Translations under genes and position numbers: made by a program | Part shown: piece by piece, positions 63,709 through 64,000 of the stretch | Numbering within the stretch: the first letter of the stretch is position 1 | Layout of the letters: each line of letters starts with the position of its first letter | NCBI GenBank assembly: GCA_965263185.1 | Contig: OZ253588.1 | Location: 448,895-512,894, forward strand | Source: Dehalococcoidia bacterium | GTDB lineage: Bacteria > Chloroflexota > Dehalococcoidia > Lucifugimonadales > UBA2985 | Direction of reading: 5' to 3' | DNA: 64,000 nt | Notes under the pieces: model-generated | Told to the model about the DNA's origin: nothing | Databases searched by the model: none | The model's input: the letters and a program-made list of their open reading frames with translations, nothing else

Positions 63709-64000
63709 TCAGCGCAGGCCCTCCGGCAGGTCCACGATGATCCGGCCCTTCTCCAGGTCCACGTCCAGGACAACATCCTGAATGGCCGGCAGCAGGATTT
63801 CACTCCCTCCCCTGGATACCACGTAAACATCGTTGCTGCCGGTGCTGAGAATGTCCGTCACCGCGCCCAGGATCTCCCCCGAAAGGGTCCAGACCTCCAT
63901 GTCCAGGATCTGGAAGTGATAGTAGCTGCCGGGAGAGAGGGGCGGGACCTGGTCAAGCGACACCTCCAACAGGGCCCCCTGAAGGCTCATGGCATCCTCG
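63709..64000 (-). CDS. rimM: 16S rRNA processing protein RimM (C-terminal PRC-barrel part; start lies beyond the window)
   Basis: YYHFQILDMEVWTLSGEILGAVTDILSTGSNDVYVV...ILLPAIQDVVLDVDLEKGRIIVDLPEGL. Confidence 0.85.
   Translation of the reverse strand, partial: EDAMSLQGALLEVSLDQVPPLSPGSYYHFQILDMEVWTLSGEILGAVTDILSTGSNDVYVVSRGGSEILLPAIQDVVLDVDLEKGRIIVDLPEGLR

Overview
High-GC bacterial chromosomal segment, densely coded and mostly housekeeping. Gene content and repeats suggest a Chloroflexota-like lineage, but that is inference only: bifunctional FBP aldolase/phosphatase, class I FBA, PPi-type PFK, an MqnA/D-family futalosine-pathway gene, and abundant 'SLSNH/FDKL'-type intergenic repeats.

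Main blocks:
- A 5'-truncated EF-G-family gene with an apparent frame break.
- rex, convergent with a complete F1Fo ATP synthase operon (atpZ-B-[sORF]-E-F-H-A-G-D-C, minus strand).
- A lower-GC DUF433/PIN-like toxin-antitoxin pair.
- An MBL hydrolase, then moaA followed by an RNase HI-MoaC fusion, rdgB, fba and the FBP aldolase/phosphatase gene.
- A repeat-flanked DUF4145 cassette.
- S58 peptidase, panG-like, panB, panC, surE.
- A repeat-flanked FRG-TPR cassette.
- mqnA/D-like, M50 protease, tyrA, aroA, gmk, NUDIX, GNAT, HNH, tRNA-Arg(CCT).
- A cysDN block with foreign-looking codon usage, followed by a cupin gene and a transposase remnant.
- PPi-PFK, the dnaG-rpoD operon, an adenylate-kinase-like/deoxyribosyltransferase-like fusion protein, glmS, plsC, cmk, a DUF951 gene and pyrF.
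- A five-gene tRNA cluster, then a DedA/YqaA-family gene and fabI.
- A membrane-protein/DUF58/transglutaminase-like/MoxR cluster with a lone OppB-like permease.
- uvrB, a SAM methyltransferase, a small GIY-YIG protein, yebC, and a partial rimM.

No rRNA genes and no CRISPR array were seen.

Most interesting observations:
1. A leaderless poly-cysteine leader peptide with a Shine-Dalgarno-containing terminator upstream of cysDN, a candidate cysteine-sensing attenuator.
2. An RNase HI-MoaC fusion ORF.
3. A strongly SD-led 31-codon hydrophobic ORF inside the atp operon.
4. A Rex-type operator overlapping the -10 of the atp promoter.
5. Two accessory genes, each bracketed by long direct repeats.
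6. A transglutaminase-like protein whose catalytic Cys is replaced by Ser.
7. A promoter, ~130-nt leader and terminator unit in front of the S58 peptidase gene.

All family assignments come from motif recognition by eye. No database search was run.
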